From Candidatus Nanohaloarchaea archaeon (GTDB lineage Archaea; Nanohalarchaeota; Nanosalinia; Nanosalinales; Nanosalinaceae): 64,000 nt of DNA. Every line of letters begins with the position of its first letter. The first letter of the stretch is position 1. The stretch spans positions 128,001 through 192,000 of the forward strand of contig CP046106.1 of NCBI GenBank assembly GCA_013343275.1, given 5' to 3'. Positions 26,534 through 36,403 of the stretch are shown piece by piece. Below the pieces are notes generated by a model, which did not search any database, was not told the DNA's origin, and saw only the letters and a list, made by a program, of their open reading frames with translations. Made by a program: the position numbers and the translations under genes.

Positions 26534-27679
26534 ATGATACGTGACTCTCTACACGGATATATACAGCCAAGTGAGGAGGAGTGGGCGGTGCTTGACTCGC
26601 CGGAAATGCAGAGACTTAGAAGAATAAGACAGATGGGGCTATCACCTCTGGTATATCCTTCTGGCACACATACCCGTTTCCAGCACTCTCTGGGCGTGAT
26701 GCATATTGCAGGTAGATTTGCGGAAAGTTTAAACCTCAACGAACAGAGAACCAAGGAAGTCAGAATGGCAGGACTACTGCACGACATTGGTCATGGTCCT
26801 TTCAGCCATGCCTCTGAAACAGTGGCGGAGCAGAAAGGCCTTTCCCATGAGGAAATCTCCTGTAGAAAGGTCGATAAGCTGGAAGACAAGTTCTCTGTAT
26901 CTGCGGACAGAGTCAAGAAAATGATAAGAGGTGAGCTAGAGGTAGGGCAGATAGTAGCAGGCGATATCGATGCAGACAGGATGGACTATCTACAGAGGGA
27001 TGCGCATACTTCAGGTGTGGAGTACGGCCATATAGATTCAGATACTATTATACGGCTGGCTCAGATAGACTCTCGCAGACTTGTATTCGACTACAAGGCA
27101 GTTCAGGCGCTGGAAGCACTTCTAACAGCCCGCTTCCATATGATAAAATCGGTTTATGTCCACGATACTTCAAGGATAGCGGAGAAAATGCTGGAGAGGG
27201 CTCTGGAGGACTATGTTCAGAAGAACTCTCTGGAGAAAATGATGGGTATGGATGACTACACTGCCCATACTGAACTCCTCAACTCAAGCGGAGTTGCCGA
27301 GAAATATTACTCAAGAATCAAGGACCGGAAACTGTTTAAGACAGCGCTCAGCTGGGACGTGGAAAACCGTTCAAGAGAGGAGCTGGAACGTCTGGAGGAA
27401 AAGATAGATGAGAAACAACTGGAGAAGGAGATTGCTGAAACAGCAGCCGTGCCGCAGGAAAAAGTAATTACAAGCAAACCCTGGACGCCTGAAATCAAGG
27501 ATATTGATATAAAAGTGAAGAGAGGTTCCAAGGTCCAGAAACTCTCCAGCTACTCTCCGATACCAGAAGCACTTAGCAGGGCCGAATGGAGACTGGTCGA
27601 TATGAACGTGTACACAGATCAGGCTCGTAAAGCAAAAGTCAGGGAAGCCGCGGAACAGGTACTTGAGGAAAAGCTATGA
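26534..27679 (+). CDS. HD-domain phosphohydrolase (dNTPase/SAMHD1-like)
   Basis: QRLRRIRQMG, HTRFQHSLG, LHDIGHGPFSH, DADRMDYL. Confidence 0.92.
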   Translation: MIRDSLHGYIQPSEEEWAVLDSPEMQRLRRIRQMGLSPLVYPSGTHTRFQHSLGVMHIAGRFAESLNLNEQRTKEVRMAGLLHDIGHGPFSHASETVAEQKGLSHEEISCRKVDKLEDKFSVSADRVKKMIRGELEVGQIVAGDIDADRMDYLQRDAHTSGVEYGHIDSDTIIRLAQIDSRRLVFDYKAVQALEALLTARFHMIKSVYVHDTSRIAEKMLERALEDYVQKNSLEKMMGMDDYTAHTELLNSSGVAEKYYSRIKDRKLFKTALSWDVENRSREELERLEEKIDEKQLEKEIAETAAVPQEKVITSKPWTPEIKDIDIKVKRGSKVQKLSSYSPIPEALSRAEWRLVDMNVYTDQARKAKVREAAEQVLEEKL

Positions 27680-28200
27680 CTCTCAATGTAGAGAAATACC
27701 TGGAACTCTACAGTGAGACACAGGGCCTCATGCCAGAGAAACTGCAGGAATACGGCGAAAAATATCGGGAGCAAGGCCATCTGACTCAGGATCAGCTATA
27801 TGAGATAGCGTATGAGTCATCGACTAGAAGCGCCTACCACGTCAGAAAGAATCCGGAGAAAATCTGTCGGGAGGTAACAACCAACATTCTTGGGGCCGAA
27901 GGCGATTTCTCGAAAATCGCACTGGCCTCGTCGCTGAAAGGGTTCAAGGCCCCAACAGCTTCCTGCATACTCACCGCACTAAACCCGGAGAAACACGCAG
28001 TAGTTGACACCCGGGTATGGGCCTCGCTAGAACGGTTTGGAGGCCTGGAAAGGAGAAAAGAGAGCTTCGGCCCGTTCGACTACATAGAAATGATAAAGCC
28101 TATTCGGGAAATCGCGGAGGAGCAAGGCTATTCAGCAGCCGAGATAGGATATGCGCTGTTCGCCCACGACTACGACAAAAGAGAAGGAACACTCCACTGA
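27676..28200 (+). CDS. HhH-GPD-like DNA glycosylase-fold protein
   Basis: LKGFKAPTASCIL...VVDTRV; ATGA-coupled to the HD gene. Confidence 0.6.
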   Translation: MTLNVEKYLELYSETQGLMPEKLQEYGEKYREQGHLTQDQLYEIAYESSTRSAYHVRKNPEKICREVTTNILGAEGDFSKIALASSLKGFKAPTASCILTALNPEKHAVVDTRVWASLERFGGLERRKESFGPFDYIEMIKPIREIAEEQGYSAAEIGYALFAHDYDKREGTLH

Positions 28201-28354
28201 TATGGTTTAAAAGAATTCACTTCAAACCAGTTCAACACAGGCCTCGAATGCCATTTCTCTGGAAATGGCCTCAGCTTGATCAAACTTAGCTCGAAAGTTT
28301 GGCGAGGGTCGAAAACTCTAAAGAGTTTTCTTGGCCCACACAAGATTAAATCTT

Positions 28355-28427
28355 GGCGGGATGGTGTAGTGGACTATCATTGGCCGTTTGGGACGGCCAG
28401 ACCCCGGTTCAAATCCGGGTCCTGCCA
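28355..28427 (+). tRNA. tRNA-Pro(TGG)
   Basis: Acceptor GGCGGGA/TCCTGCC, anticodon arm GGCCG-TTTGGGA-CGGCC, T arm CCCGG-TTCAAAT-CCGGG. Confidence 0.9.
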
Positions 28428-28576
28428 AAATTTATTCCTTAGCTGTTTTTCTCCCTAAGTTTTTGTGTGCGTGGATATAGGATCTGTTATTTTAGATAAA
28501 GTATCAACTGCACTCGTATCGAAAAAGTTTTTAACTATTTTCGAGTGATAACCTCTTATGAATCTGGAAAATTCTG

Positions 28577-29791
28577 GTGGGTACGAAAAGCAGTCCGGAA
28601 CTACCCGGCTGGCTTGATGAAGAGGCCTACAGTAATCATAGAGATACTGTTGAATATTGCTATGAGAATGGCTGGATAACAGGTCTGGCTGTAGCTCTTG
28701 ATACTTTCTTTCAAACTTGGTCTAGGAATGAATTAGCTGATCGTCCTGATTTTGAGCTGGTTGATACTGATGAAGGGTATTCGGCTCTGCAGGAGGAAGG
28801 CGAAGAAGTTAGGTATAGCGAACTTTACGATAGACTACTGCAGGCGCAGGATCTAGGATCAGAGTTTCTGCAGAACAGCCCATCTAACCCAGCTCAGGTA
28901 CTGGATAATGTATCAATGATAAGGAATGTAGCAACTCATAGAGCATCGGATGATGGTGATGGCTACTATGCGGAACCTCCTCTGGATGAAGAGGGCGATT
29001 TCTTTGATTATACTGAGGAAGGTTTGATTGACGCCAGTCCGGAAGATGCGGTAAACATTTATGAGGAGATTCTGGGGATTTCGGAAGAGGAGTCATTAAT
29101 GCAACGGGGGATGGGAGATGCAGAAATGAGCTTTTATGGTGAAGAGATTCTATCTAGCCCTGATATTGATACTGTGCTGGATACGGATTCAGAGGAGTCT
29201 AACTCTTCTGGAATAAACTACCTAAACTCTATAGCCTCTGCAATGTATCATGGATTAGGAAGCCCGCATTTGAATGAAACTTCCAGAAACGGCTATACTA
29301 CCCGCTATAATCCAGCTCAGCCTGCAGCAGCTATATTGTTTTGTAACTGGTTTGAACAGACTATACCTGAGTTGGTTGAAAGTGAATACCGATCCCAGGG
29401 TTTAGATGAAAGCATTCTCCCTGATGAGAGTCCTGAAAGAGATAATCAGGTCTTCCTGAGTGATTGGGTTGAGGAAGATATAATCTCTGACCTCGATATT
29501 TTGCCGACAACTGCCTACCCTAATGCTCTTGAAAACCCTCAACAGAGACTTCAAGACCTAGATGATCTAGCGCAAGATTTCAGGCACAACTTGAACTCTT
29601 ATGGAAGAATAGAGGATCTAGAGGTAAGAGATAACATATGGCATGCCTACGAGATGATGCATCTCATGAGCGACCGGGAAGGCCATACAACCAACAATTT
29701 CGAATTATTCGGAGAAGAGGCCGAACAACAGAGAAGATCCAGGCCCTATATGTTGAAGACAGAGAGACTTTCCCGATGGCCCAGTTCTTAG
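28577..29791 (+). CDS. Hypothetical acidic protein
   Basis: 404 aa ORF just downstream of tRNA-Pro; T-rich third codon positions. Confidence 0.65.
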   Translation: MGTKSSPELPGWLDEEAYSNHRDTVEYCYENGWITGLAVALDTFFQTWSRNELADRPDFELVDTDEGYSALQEEGEEVRYSELYDRLLQAQDLGSEFLQNSPSNPAQVLDNVSMIRNVATHRASDDGDGYYAEPPLDEEGDFFDYTEEGLIDASPEDAVNIYEEILGISEEESLMQRGMGDAEMSFYGEEILSSPDIDTVLDTDSEESNSSGINYLNSIASAMYHGLGSPHLNETSRNGYTTRYNPAQPAAAILFCNWFEQTIPELVESEYRSQGLDESILPDESPERDNQVFLSDWVEEDIISDLDILPTTAYPNALENPQQRLQDLDDLAQDFRHNLNSYGRIEDLEVRDNIWHAYEMMHLMSDREGHTTNNFELFGEEAEQQRRSRPYMLKTERLSRWPSS

Positions 29792-29838
29792 AACCGTACC
29801 CGATTGGATTTTTATCTTTTGAAGGTAACAAATATCTC

Positions 29839-30576
29839 ATGGAGCTAGGTATTCTTGGGCCTGAGGATCATGATGTTTTCGGGGAAGTAGCTGAGATCTT
29901 GAGTGATGGAGATGTATCTGTCGACTTTCTGGATCCAGAGAGCTATCATTCTCCAGAGGATCTTGAGAGTTACGATGGTGTTTTCCTGAAGAAGTCTAGA
30001 GAGCCTGGTTTCCGAACTTTAAAAGATGCTGAACTTGATGGCATACCTACTTTCAATGGTTTCTGTGCACATATGAAGACCAATCATAACCCTGGTTCTT
30101 ACTGGCATCTCAAGCAGGCAGGGCTCGATGTTCCCGAGGGTTCTTCTACAGGCCTGGACGGTGATGTAGTGGTGAAGCCGAGGACGGAGACTATGAGAGA
30201 GGAGCCCTGGAGAGAGCAGGATCCTGAACCTGATACTGATCACTTTTACCAGAGATTTATTGAAAACGGAGGTATAGACTACAAGCTCTATGTCACAGAT
30301 CTGGGGAGCGAGACAAATGTTACAGCGCTCTCAGCTGATTCCAAGCTTCTCTATAACCCTGACGAGAGAACCCAGATCGAAACAGATCAGGAGATGCAGG
30401 AGATCGGGGAAAAATGTGTAGAGGCCTTTGATGCAAGGATTTTAGGTATAGATCTGATAAGGCCGGATTCTGGTACCTATGTTGTAGATGTTAACGCTGC
30501 ACCGAGTTACAGAGGTACAGGTGATGAAGAAGTGGTTGCGGAAAGCCTTGAAGATTTCTTGTATGAAAATATTTAG
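29839..30576 (+). CDS. RimK-like ATP-grasp ligase
   Basis: VVVKP, FYQRFI, DYKLYV, GIDLI, VVDVNAAPSY; start moved to ATG 29839. Confidence 0.85.
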   Translation: MELGILGPEDHDVFGEVAEILSDGDVSVDFLDPESYHSPEDLESYDGVFLKKSREPGFRTLKDAELDGIPTFNGFCAHMKTNHNPGSYWHLKQAGLDVPEGSSTGLDGDVVVKPRTETMREEPWREQDPEPDTDHFYQRFIENGGIDYKLYVTDLGSETNVTALSADSKLLYNPDERTQIETDQEMQEIGEKCVEAFDARILGIDLIRPDSGTYVVDVNAAPSYRGTGDEEVVAESLEDFLYENI

Positions 30577-32246
30577 TCCAGCAAGTCTTTAACCTCTTCT
30601 ATTGAGCTCACCTGCAGAACTTCTTCCGCTTTACTTGACGACTTCTCCTGTTCTATCTCTTTAATCTCTGACTTTACGCCCGGTACTACTCCGGAGGACA
30701 TGCTTAATTCATCGAGACCGAGGCCGACAAGAAGTTCTGTTAGTTGAGGGTTTCCTGCCATTTCTCCGCACATTCCTACCCATGCATCGTTTTCACGGCC
30801 TTTCTCAACTGTCTGTTTAATTGAACGCAGTACTGAAGGGTAAAGAGGGTTCTGGAGCTCTGCTACTTCGCTGTCTGTTCTGGAAGCTGCCATGGTGTAC
30901 TGTGTGAGGTCGTTGGTGCCGATACTCAGGAAGTCTGCTCTCTCCGCCAGCTCACCTGCCATCTGAACTGTGGAAGGAGTCTCCACCATTAACCCAAGTT
31001 CAGGCCTCGCATAGTCTTTCTCTTCTTCCTCAAGTTCCTGTTCCAGCTCTTCTACTTTTTCTAGCGCGCTGTCGAACTCCTCTACGCTGGAAACCATAGG
31101 AAACATTACTCCGAGGTTGCTACCGTTCTCGGAAGCAGCTGCGCGGAGCAAGGCCTTCATCTGAGTATCGAACAGTTCTTCTCCCTCGCTGTCGAATGCC
31201 AGTCTTATACCTCTCTTTCCCAGGAATGGGTTGTCGGTTTCCTCAAGATCTAGATAAGGTACAGGTTTATCCCCGCCTATATCCATAGTTCTTACAATCA
31301 CTCTGTCGTCAGGGAACTGGTCCAGGGCATCTACATAGTTTTCGTAGTGTTCTTCCTCTGTAGGAGGCTGTTCACGATCCAGGAACATGAACTCTGTGCG
31401 GTAGAGGCCTATTCCATCTGCGCCTTTTTCAGCAGCTTGCTTAACTTCTTCATGGTTGGCTACATTGGCTGCGACTTCTATCTTTTTCCCGTCTCCGGTT
31501 GCAACGCGTTCTCTGATTACTTCTGCCTTTTCAGACTTCTTTACCTGCTTCAACTGCTCCTCACTGGGATCTACAACCACGTTTCCGTTTTCCCCATCTA
31601 CAAGCACTTCCTCTCCTTCCTTCAGGCCTTCCAGGGTTCCGGTACCGACTACAGCAGGGATGCCCATAGATTTCGATAGTATAGCTACGTGCGATGTTCT
31701 GCTCCCTTTTGCTGTTACCAGGCCCTCTACCTTTGATCTATCCATCTCAGAGGTATCGGACGGCTTCAGGTTCTCGGCAACTATAACTGCTTCATCTGGA
31801 ATATCTGAGAGATTCGTACGCTCCTCGCCTACAAGGATACTGATCAGGCGATCCCTAACATCCCGCAGATCGTCCGCTCTCTCCTTCATACGGCCTTCCT
31901 GAGACTCCAGCTGACTGATAGGATCTTCGAACCCTTTCCTGACCGCGGCTTCTGCTGTAATGCCTTCCTCAATATTGTCCTCTATACCGGAGGTGATCTG
32001 AGGATCCTCCAGGAACTGGATCTGGGCCTTGAAAATATCGCCTTCATCGCCTTCGGACTTCTCACCTGTCTTCTCAGCAGCCTCCTCCAGCTGACTCCTG
32101 GCCTCTTCCTTTGCAGACTCAAATCTTTCTTTCTCATCCTCAGCAGTCTTATCCGATTTCTCTTCGATTGAGAAATCTGTTTCTTCATGTCTCACGATTT
32201 TTCCTGAGGCCTTCTGCTGTGTAATCCCTGTTCCCTCTATCTCCAT
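30573..32246 (-). CDS. ptsI: PTS Enzyme I (PEP-protein phosphotransferase)
   Basis: TSHVAIL phospho-His, GLYRTEF, DIGGDK, NPFLGKRGIR, GTNDLTQY, GMCGE. Confidence 0.97.
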   Translation of the reverse strand: MEIEGTGITQQKASGKIVRHEETDFSIEEKSDKTAEDEKERFESAKEEARSQLEEAAEKTGEKSEGDEGDIFKAQIQFLEDPQITSGIEDNIEEGITAEAAVRKGFEDPISQLESQEGRMKERADDLRDVRDRLISILVGEERTNLSDIPDEAVIVAENLKPSDTSEMDRSKVEGLVTAKGSRTSHVAILSKSMGIPAVVGTGTLEGLKEGEEVLVDGENGNVVVDPSEEQLKQVKKSEKAEVIRERVATGDGKKIEVAANVANHEEVKQAAEKGADGIGLYRTEFMFLDREQPPTEEEHYENYVDALDQFPDDRVIVRTMDIGGDKPVPYLDLEETDNPFLGKRGIRLAFDSEGEELFDTQMKALLRAAASENGSNLGVMFPMVSSVEEFDSALEKVEELEQELEEEEKDYARPELGLMVETPSTVQMAGELAERADFLSIGTNDLTQYTMAASRTDSEVAELQNPLYPSVLRSIKQTVEKGRENDAWVGMCGEMAGNPQLTELLVGLGLDELSMSSGVVPGVKSEIKEIEQEKSSSKAEEVLQVSSIEEVKDLLD

Positions 32247-32253
32247 TATTTTT

Positions 32254-32520
32254 TCACCCCTCTGGTGTAGTGATAACTTTTTCTAGTGCATCGAGGGCCT
32301 CTTCTGCGTCCTCGCCTTCTGCCTCTATCTTCATTTTATCGCCCTGTTTGAGACCGAGGCTTGTAATGGCCAGCATGCTTCTGGCATCGACAGGTTCCTC
32401 GTCTCCCTCTGCATCGCTGATTTTCAGTTCGCAGTCGTACTCCTGTGCAGTCTCCACAAATTTTGATGCAGGCCTTGCATGTAGTCCTGCCTCCGGTACT
32501 ATCTCCACAGTTCTCTCCAT
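32254..32520 (-). CDS. ptsH: PTS phosphocarrier HPr
   Basis: GLHARPA; DARSML. Confidence 0.96.
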   Translation of the reverse strand: MERTVEIVPEAGLHARPASKFVETAQEYDCELKISDAEGDEEPVDARSMLAITSLGLKQGDKMKIEAEGEDAEEALDALEKVITTPEG

Positions 32521-32987
32521 TACTTGGATACCTCTTCTTCGATTATCTCCATTATTTTTTCTGCATTATCCGCTTCAAGAAGTTTGTTGCGAACGTCTTC
32601 GTGTATAAGCGAGCGCGAGATACTACTGAGCACGTCCAGGTATTCGTCTTCAGTACCTTCCGGGAAGAGCAGCATGAAGAGCAGTCTTGCAGGTTCTCCA
32701 TCAGCTGCTCCAAAATTCACTCCGTTTTCAGCACGGATGAATGCTGCAGAAGGCTCCGTAACGGCCTCAGTCTTTGCATGAGGTATTCCAATCCCTTTGC
32801 CCACTCCTGTAGTGGCCTCTTCCTCCCTCTCTTTCAGGGCCTTCAGTGCTTTTTCCGTATCATTTATTTTGCCTTTCTGGTCTATAAGCTGTAGGAGGCC
32901 TTCTATTGCTTCTGTCTTGTTTTCGAAATCTCTGTCAAGTTCGATGGTTTCCGGTGATATGAGTGATTGAAGGGCTTTGCTGCTCAT
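32520..32987 (-). CDS. ptfA: PTS fructose-type EIIA
   Basis: REEEATTGVGKGIGIPHA. Confidence 0.92.
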   Translation of the reverse strand: MSSKALQSLISPETIELDRDFENKTEAIEGLLQLIDQKGKINDTEKALKALKEREEEATTGVGKGIGIPHAKTEAVTEPSAAFIRAENGVNFGAADGEPARLLFMLLFPEGTEDEYLDVLSSISRSLIHEDVRNKLLEADNAEKIMEIIEEEVSK

Positions 32988-33072
32988 ATGGTTATGGATT
33001 GGGTTCTGTACGGGTTTAAACTTTCCCTGGTAGGAGGGGTGAAAAAGAAAAATAAGAAAGGTATGGGTATTT

Positions 33073-34185
33073 TTATTCCTCTGAAGTTTCCTCTGATTCG
33101 TCTACGTCTGGCTTGAGTAGTGTTACCATTCCTGCTGTGACCACGGTTCCTAGAGCAAGTGCTCCGAGGAAGGCCAGTGGCTTGTTTGATAGAGGTACTA
33201 CGAAGATACCTCCGTGTGGTGCAGGCATTGTAACGTTCATCGCCATTGATGCCGCTCCTGCGACTCCTGATCCTACCATGAGGCTTGGAATGACTCTGGC
33301 TGGATCGGATGCTGCGTAAGGGATTGCTCCCTCTGTAACGAAGGAGAATCCCAGGACTGTGGCCGACTTGGCGTTCTCATACATCTCTTTCGGATATTTC
33401 TGAGGTGCTAGGAAGTTGGACAGCGCCATTCCAAGTGGCGGTGTCATTCCTGCGATCATTGCTGCAGCCATAGGCTGCGCAACCATTGGATCGCTGCTCA
33501 GAAGTCCTACGGAGAATACATAGGCGACCTTGTTGACAGGTCCTCCCATGTCGAATGCCATCATCAGGCCGATGATTGCTCCTAGTCCCAGGGCCTGTGT
33601 TGTACCCATCGACTGCAGGAAGCCTGTGAGGGCCTGGTTTGCAAGTGCGATTGGTACGCCCAGGAATAGGAGTAGAACCGGTGCCAGGATTGCGGTTGTT
33701 GCAACCGGCACAACTAGAATCGGCATAAGTGAATCAAGTGATTCCGGTACGTCCAGATTCTTGATGTATCTGGCGACGTAACCTGCCAGGAGTCCTGCGA
33801 TGAGGGCTCCCAGGTATCCGGCGACTAGCGGAGCGTCTGTACCTGTTGCTCCACTGAAGCCCATGACTTTTGCAGCTGCGGACATAACGCCGTTCTGCTG
33901 TAGTAGGTAGGACAGGATGAAACCTGGTGCGAGTGCAGGTCTATCTGCTATCGCATAGGCCACGTAGGCACCGAGTACCGGTACCATCAGTGTAAGTCCT
34001 GCTATCCCGATCTGGGCAAGGAACCATCCCAGGCTGCCTGTGTTGCTGAATACTGCTTGCGTGTCTCCAACTGCATAGGCAATTGCCAGGAAGATTCCGC
34101 CGACGGTTACGAAGGGAATCATGTAGGAAACTCCAGTCATCAAGTTTTCCTTGGTAGTCTGGAGATCTTCCTTTGAAAAGGTCAT
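33073..34185 (-). CDS. ptfC: PTS fructose-type EIIC permease
   Basis: LMTGVSYMIPFV, FDMGGPVNK, TEGAIPYA, APHGG; start moved to ATG 34185. Confidence 0.95.
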   Translation of the reverse strand: MTFSKEDLQTTKENLMTGVSYMIPFVTVGGIFLAIAYAVGDTQAVFSNTGSLGWFLAQIGIAGLTLMVPVLGAYVAYAIADRPALAPGFILSYLLQQNGVMSAAAKVMGFSGATGTDAPLVAGYLGALIAGLLAGYVARYIKNLDVPESLDSLMPILVVPVATTAILAPVLLLFLGVPIALANQALTGFLQSMGTTQALGLGAIIGLMMAFDMGGPVNKVAYVFSVGLLSSDPMVAQPMAAAMIAGMTPPLGMALSNFLAPQKYPKEMYENAKSATVLGFSFVTEGAIPYAASDPARVIPSLMVGSGVAGAASMAMNVTMPAPHGGIFVVPLSNKPLAFLGALALGTVVTAGMVTLLKPDVDESEETSEE

Positions 34186-34287
34186 TATAGTAACCCGTGA
34201 GAAAATTGCCTTCACTCCTATTTAAAATAAACTATTTAAACAGGTTTCTGTAGGGCCTTTTTTACCCTGTAGAACCAATAACAGGTT

Positions 34288-35193
34288 ATGATCCTTACCG
34301 TAACTTTCAATCCTGCAATAGACCACACATACGTAATTGACGAAGATCTGGAGAGCGAAAAGATTATGCGAACCAGCGAATCACATTTCGACGCCGGAGG
34401 AAAAGGTATCAACGTAGCCTCCTACCTGAATACTCTGGGTCACGACTCGCTGGCGACAGGCCTCCTCGGAGGATTTACAGGAGATTATATCCGAACGGAA
34501 CTGGACAGGGAAGGCCTGGCCCATGATTTCGCTGAGGGGGGAATCACAAGGATAAATACTACTGTAGCAGGCGATAATGAGGAGTACAAGCTGAACCATT
34601 CCGGTCCAGAGACAGGGGAAAAGGCCGTGGAACGTGTTCTGAGCAAGGTTTCCAGCAGAAGCCCTGGTAAAGTTGTGATATCTGGCAGTCTGCCTCCAGG
34701 CCTGGATAGCTCCGCGGTTGAGGAGATCGCTAGCGAAGTGGAGACAGATGTAGCAGTTGACCTTCACGGCGATGTGCTTGGAGAACTGGAGGAAAAGTAC
34801 TTTCTAGCGAAGCCCAACAGAAATGAGCTGTCCGAGGCAACAGGTATCGATATAGATAGCATACAGAAATGCAGAGAAGCTGCTGAAAAACTGCTTGATA
34901 GAGGGTTCGAGAACGTTCTGGCATCGATGGGAGAGGACGGAGCACTTCTGGTTACAGAGGAGAGAGCTCTCTATGCGGAAGGCCTTGACTCCGATGTAGC
35001 AGATACCACTGGTGCCGGTGATGCAATGCTTTCCGCAATGCTGGCAGGGTTAGAAGAGAATAAGGATAAAAAAGAAGCCTTCAGAAAGGCCCTGGCATTT
35101 GCTACTCTAGTAGTTGAGACTCCAGGAACAGGTAAGCCTGAAATAGAGAAAATGAATGATTATGTAGAAAGGGTTGAAGTTGAAGAGCTGTGA
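34288..35193 (+). CDS. pfkB: 1-phosphofructokinase (PfkB/FruK family)
   Basis: TVTFNPAID, AGGKGINVA, KPNRNEL, DTTGAGD; located in the PTS cluster. Confidence 0.92.
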   Translation: MILTVTFNPAIDHTYVIDEDLESEKIMRTSESHFDAGGKGINVASYLNTLGHDSLATGLLGGFTGDYIRTELDREGLAHDFAEGGITRINTTVAGDNEEYKLNHSGPETGEKAVERVLSKVSSRSPGKVVISGSLPPGLDSSAVEEIASEVETDVAVDLHGDVLGELEEKYFLAKPNRNELSEATGIDIDSIQKCREAAEKLLDRGFENVLASMGEDGALLVTEERALYAEGLDSDVADTTGAGDAMLSAMLAGLEENKDKKEAFRKALAFATLVVETPGTGKPEIEKMNDYVERVEVEEL

Positions 35194-35195
35194 TT

Positions 35196-35579
35196 TCAGG
35201 AGAACAGTTCCTTGATCTTCTTAACGAGCCCCATTGAGTTAGTATCGGACTTGTACTCTACATGTTCTTCTCTGTTCTCTTTAGCTTCCTTAACCTTATC
35301 TATTAACTCTTCTGCATCTGTTACTGCGGCCTGAACCTGTGTATGCAGGGAGGTCATATCCTCGAACCTCTCGGTATCTACAGAGATATCGGATGCAATA
35401 ATAGCTGCATCAGCCTCTTCGATATCTTCCTCGTTCAGGACGTTCTCGGTGCCTGAAGAACCATGAACTTCAACTTTTATCTCGTCGTCAGTACCTTCAA
35501 CTGCTTCTTCAAGGCTTTCCGCCGCCATCTGGCTGTGAGCGATACCGGTCGGGCACCCAGTAACTGCAACTAGCTTCAT
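35196..35579 (-). CDS. ptfB: PTS fructose-type EIIB
   Basis: VAVTGCPTGIAHSQMAAE. Confidence 0.94.
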   Translation of the reverse strand: MKLVAVTGCPTGIAHSQMAAESLEEAVEGTDDEIKVEVHGSSGTENVLNEEDIEEADAAIIASDISVDTERFEDMTSLHTQVQAAVTDAEELIDKVKEAKENREEHVEYKSDTNSMGLVKKIKELFS

Positions 35580-35614
35580 ATACTCCTACACTTCTCGGAG
35601 CTGGAATAAAAGCT

Positions 35615-36244
35615 TTACCGCCCGACGATCTCGAAAACCCTCTCACGCAACAGTTTCGGAGAGTCAACAACTTCATCCGCGTTAGAAGGCGCATCTCCCC
35701 CTGATTCAGAGTAACCTATACAGTAGAGGCCTGCACCTTTAGCCGAAGCAACACCGGCCTCAGTATCGTCAACAGCAACAGCATCCTCCGGATCAACACC
35801 TAGACTTTCTACCGCCATTCTGTAGGTCTCAGGCTCCGGCTTGCCCTTGCCATCCACATCACCGGAGTCAACAACTGCATCAAAATCCAGGTCAAACCTG
35901 TCAATCACGTAGCCAGGCCAGTAAGAACCTGTAGCAAGACCGATAAGAAGACCTAGATCTCGCAGCTCCTGAATAAACTCTTTCAGGCCTTCCATAAGTT
36001 CGGCCTTCTCACAGTAAACCTCTTCAGCCCTGCTCTCGTACATCTCAAAGAACTCTTCTCTGGAGACCTCTACATCGAAATCCTCACACAGCTTCTCGTA
36101 AGTATTTGTAATGCTCATGCCAGCAAGCCTGTCAGGATCAACTTCCGAACCTGTGGCCTCCCGGTAGATCTCTTTCTCTGCTCTATTCCAGTGTTTCTCG
36201 GTATCAACAACGACGCCATCCAGGTCAAAAATTACTGCCTCCAT
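35615..36244 (-). CDS. HAD-superfamily phosphatase (beta-PGM-like)
   Basis: IFDLDGVVVDT, GKPEPE, VDD; start moved to ATG 36244. Confidence 0.9.
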   Translation of the reverse strand: MEAVIFDLDGVVVDTEKHWNRAEKEIYREATGSEVDPDRLAGMSITNTYEKLCEDFDVEVSREEFFEMYESRAEEVYCEKAELMEGLKEFIQELRDLGLLIGLATGSYWPGYVIDRFDLDFDAVVDSGDVDGKGKPEPETYRMAVESLGVDPEDAVAVDDTEAGVASAKGAGLYCIGYSESGGDAPSNADEVVDSPKLLRERVFEIVGR

Positions 36245-36403
36245 AAAGTAAGAAACCGTGCAGCCGCAATAAAAATCTGGTATAAACACCGGCCTAACTT
36301 AATTCCAGGAAGCCTTTCCGAATCTAGAAATCCATTATTTCTCTACCTGCACCACTAACCTACAGAGGCCGGTTTTAAATAACTCTAAGCCCAATTAACT
36401 GGC

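Noticed and set aside
28355-28427. Alternative call as tRNA-Gln(TTG)
   Set aside because: The D-arm looks Gln-like, but stem pairing gives the loop TTTGGGA with anticodon TGG.
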